Part shown: piece after piece, positions 61,701 to 64,000 of the stretch | How the letters are laid out: each line of letters opens with the position of its first letter | Numbering within the stretch: the stretch's first letter is position 1 | Assembly (NCBI GenBank): GCA_964016885.1 | Contig: OZ024743.1 | Coordinates: forward strand, 270,072,001-270,136,000 | DNA: 64,000 bases | Direction of reading: 5' to 3' | Origin: Eledone cirrhosa | Lineage: Eukaryota | The notes under the pieces: generated by a model | What the model was told of the DNA's origin: nothing | What the model saw: only the letters and a program-made list of their open reading frames with translations | Database searches by the model: none | Translations under genes and position numbers: made by a program

Positions 61701-64000
61701 GCGGTGGTGTTGATGTTAGTGGTGTTGGTAGTAGTGTTTGAGGTGGTGTTGATGTTAGTGGTGTTGGCAGTAGTGTTTGAGGTGGTGTTGATGTTAGCGG
61801 TGTTGGTAGTAGTGTTTGAGGTGGTGTTGATGTTAGTGGTGTTGGCAGTAGTGTTTGAGGTGGTTTTGATGTTAGTGGTGTTGGTAGTAGTGTTTGAGGT
61901 GGTGTTGATGTTAGTGGTGTTGGTAGTAGTGTTTGAGGTGGTGTTGATGTTAGTGGTGTTGGTAGTAGTGTTTGGGGTGGTGTTGATGTTAGTGGTGTTG
62001 GTAGTAGTGTTTGGGGTGGTGTTGATGTTAGTGGTGTTGGTAGTATTGTTTGAGGTGATGTTGATGTTAGTGGTGTTGGTAGTAGTGTTTGAGGTGGTGT
62101 TGATGTTAGTGGTGTTGGTAGTAGTGTTTGAGGTGGTGTTGATGGTAGTGGTGTTGGTAGTAGTGTTTAAGGAGGTGTTGATGTTAGTGGTGTTGGTAGT
62201 AGTGTTTGAGGAGGTGTTGATGTTAGTGGTGTTGGTAGTAGTGTTGGAGGTGGTGTTGATGTTAGTGGTGTTGGTAGTAGTGTTTGAGGTGGTGTTGATG
62301 TTAGTGGTGTTGGTAGTAGTGTTTGAGGTGGTGTTGATGTTAGTGGTGTTGGTAGTATTGTTTGAGGTGGTGTTGATGTTAGTGGTGTTGGTAGTAGTGT
62401 TTGATGTGGTGTTGATGTTAGTGGTGTTGGTAGTAGTGTTTGAGGTGGTGTTGATGTTAGTGGTGTTGGTAGTAGTGTTTGAGGAGGTGTTGATGTTAGT
62501 GGTGTTGGTAGTAGTGTTTGAGGAGGGGTTGATGTTAGTGGTGTTGGTAGTAGTGTTGGAGGTGGTGTTGATGTTAGTGGTGTTGGTAGTAGTGTTGGAG
62601 GTGGTGTTGATGTTAGTGGTGTTGGTAGTAGTGTTTGAGGTGGTGTTAATGTTAGTGGTGTTGGTAGTAGTGTTTGAGGAGGTGTTGATGTTAGTGGTGT
62701 TGGGTGTAGTGTTTGAGGTGGTGTTGATGTTAGTGGTATTGGTAGTAGTGTTTGAGGTGGTGTTGATGTTAGTGGTGTTGGGTGTAGTGTTTGAGGTGGT
62801 GTTGATGTTAGTGGTGTTGGGTGTAGTGTTTGAGGTGGTGTTGATGTTAGCCGTGTTGGTAGTAGTGTTTGAGGTGGTGTTGATGTTAGTGGTGTTGGTA
62901 GTAGTGTTTGAGGTGGTGTTGATGTTAGTGGTGTTGGTAGTAGTGTTTGAGGAGGTGTTGATGTTAGTGGTGTTGGGTGTAGTGTTTGAGGTGGTGTTGA
63001 TGTTAGTGGTATTGGTAGTAGTGTTTGAGGTGGTGTTGATGTTAGTGGTGTTGGGTGTAGTGTTTGAGGTGGTGTTGATGTTAGTGGTGTTGGGTGTAGT
63101 GTTTGAGGTGGTGTTGATGTTAGCCATGTTGGTAGTAGTGTTTGAGGTGGTGTTGATGTTAGTGGTGTTGGGTGTAGTGTTTGAGGTGGTGTTGATGTTA
63201 GCCGTGTTGGTAGTAGTGTTTGAGGTGGTGTTGATGTTAGTGGTGTTGGTAGTAGTGTTTGAGGTGGTGGTGGTGTTAGAGGTGTTGGTAGTAGTGTTGG
63301 AGGTGGTGTTGATGTTAGTGGTGTTGGTAGTAGTGTTTGACGTGGTGTTGATGTTAGTGCTGTTGGTAGTAGTGTTTGAGGTGGTGTTGATGTTAGTGGT
63401 GTTGGTAGTAGTGTTTGAGGTGGTGTTGATGTTAGTGGTGTTGGTAGTAGTGTTTGAGGTGGTGTTGATGTTAGTGGTGTTGGTAGTAATGTTTGAGGAG
63501 GTGTTGATGTTAGTGGTGTTCGGTGTAGTGTTTGAGTTGGTGTTGATGTTAGTGGTGTTGGTAGTAGTGTTTGAGGTGGTGGTGGGGTTAGTGGTGTTGG
63601 TAGTAGTGTTGCAGGTGGTGTTGATGTTAGCGGTGTTGGTAGTAGTGTTTGAGGAGGTGTTGATGTTAGTGGTGTTGGTAGTAGTGTTTGAGGTGGTGTT
63701 GATGTTAGTGGTGTTGGGGGTAGTGTTTGAGGTGGTGTTGATGTTAGCGGTGTTGGTAGTAGTGTTTGAGGTGGTGTTGATGTTAGTGGTGTTGGGGGTA
63801 GTGTTTGAGGTGGTGTTGATGTTAGCGGTGTTGGTAGTAGTGTTTGAGGAGGTGTTGATGTTAGTGGTGTTGGTAGTAGTGTTTGAGGTGGTGGTGGTGT
63901 TAGAGGTGTTGGTAGTAGTGTTTGAGGTGGTGTTGATGTTAGTGGTGTTGGTAGTAGTGTTTGAGGTGGTGTTGATGTTAGTGGTGTTGGTAGTAGTGTT

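Larger units (their letters stand above)
1..64000. repeat. 39-bp tandem repeat array (satellite/giant minisatellite), about 1,640 monomers, single orientation, extends beyond both window ends
   Basis: The consensus GTAGTAGTGTTTGAGGTGGTGTTGATGTTAGTGGTGTTG is readable throughout, usually with 0-2 substitutions per unit. Every translated ORF has a 13-aa period. No inversion or non-repeat insert was seen. Confidence 0.99.
1..64000 (-). other. Mucin-like repeat reading frames on the minus strand (N/T-rich sequon frame and P/T/S-rich frame), repeatedly frameshifted; coding status unsupported
   Basis: Two of the three minus-strand frames are open in the consensus. No signal peptide, non-repeat domain or convincing start is present in the window, and there are many frameshifts plus in-frame stop variants. 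Confidence 0.2.

Noticed and set aside
2169-63127. ATG starts of the minus-strand ORFs (MNNTS, MSNTT, MANIN)
   Set aside because: They arise from sporadic CAT-creating point variants inside the repeat, with no distinct upstream or N-terminal sequence.
38680-63900. Chi-like GGTGGTGG and minisatellite-core-like GAGGTGG motifs
   Set aside because: These are only partial matches to GCTGGTGG or the Jeffreys core, and are trivial in (GTG)n-rich sequence.
1-64000. CRISPR array
   Set aside because: The repeats are contiguous with no unique spacers, leader or cas genes.
1-64000. Shine-Dalgarno-like GAGGTG-N6-ATG in every monomer (GAGGAGGTG in variants)
   Set aside because: It is expected by chance in a G/T-rich unit, it would initiate only the poly-Val frame, and nothing else suggests a prokaryotic gene context.
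1-64000. One giant continuous mucin CDS broken only by sequencing errors
   Set aside because: The frameshift units are linked to specific substitutions and are copied with duplicated blocks, and in-frame stop variants exist in both open phases. It is kept only as a low-confidence hypothesis pending read-level checks.

Overview
The whole 64-kb window is one uninterrupted head-to-tail tandem array of a 39-bp unit (about 1,640 copies) that runs off both ends. The + strand consensus is GTAGTAGTGTTTGAGGTGGTGTTGATGTTAGTGGTGTTG (17 G, 17 T, 5 A, 0 C). I see no unique sequence, RNA gene, transposon or CRISPR spacer. The ORFs in the track follow from the unit length being a multiple of 3: poly-Val on +, and (NTTNINTTSNTTT)n or (TPLTSTPPQTLLP)n on -. 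More than 50 recurrent 1-2 bp deletion units and in-frame stop variants break these frames. The best-supported reading is therefore a non-coding satellite or giant minisatellite, probably eukaryotic; a degenerate mucin-like repeat exon is the weaker alternative. The interpretable signal lies in the variant pattern: three compositional layers, nested higher-order duplications from 154 bp to about 7 kb offset, microhomology deletions and a possible CpG-decay footprint. I found no sequence evidence for a new multi-gene system. Block boundaries were read by eye and are approximate to one or two monomers.
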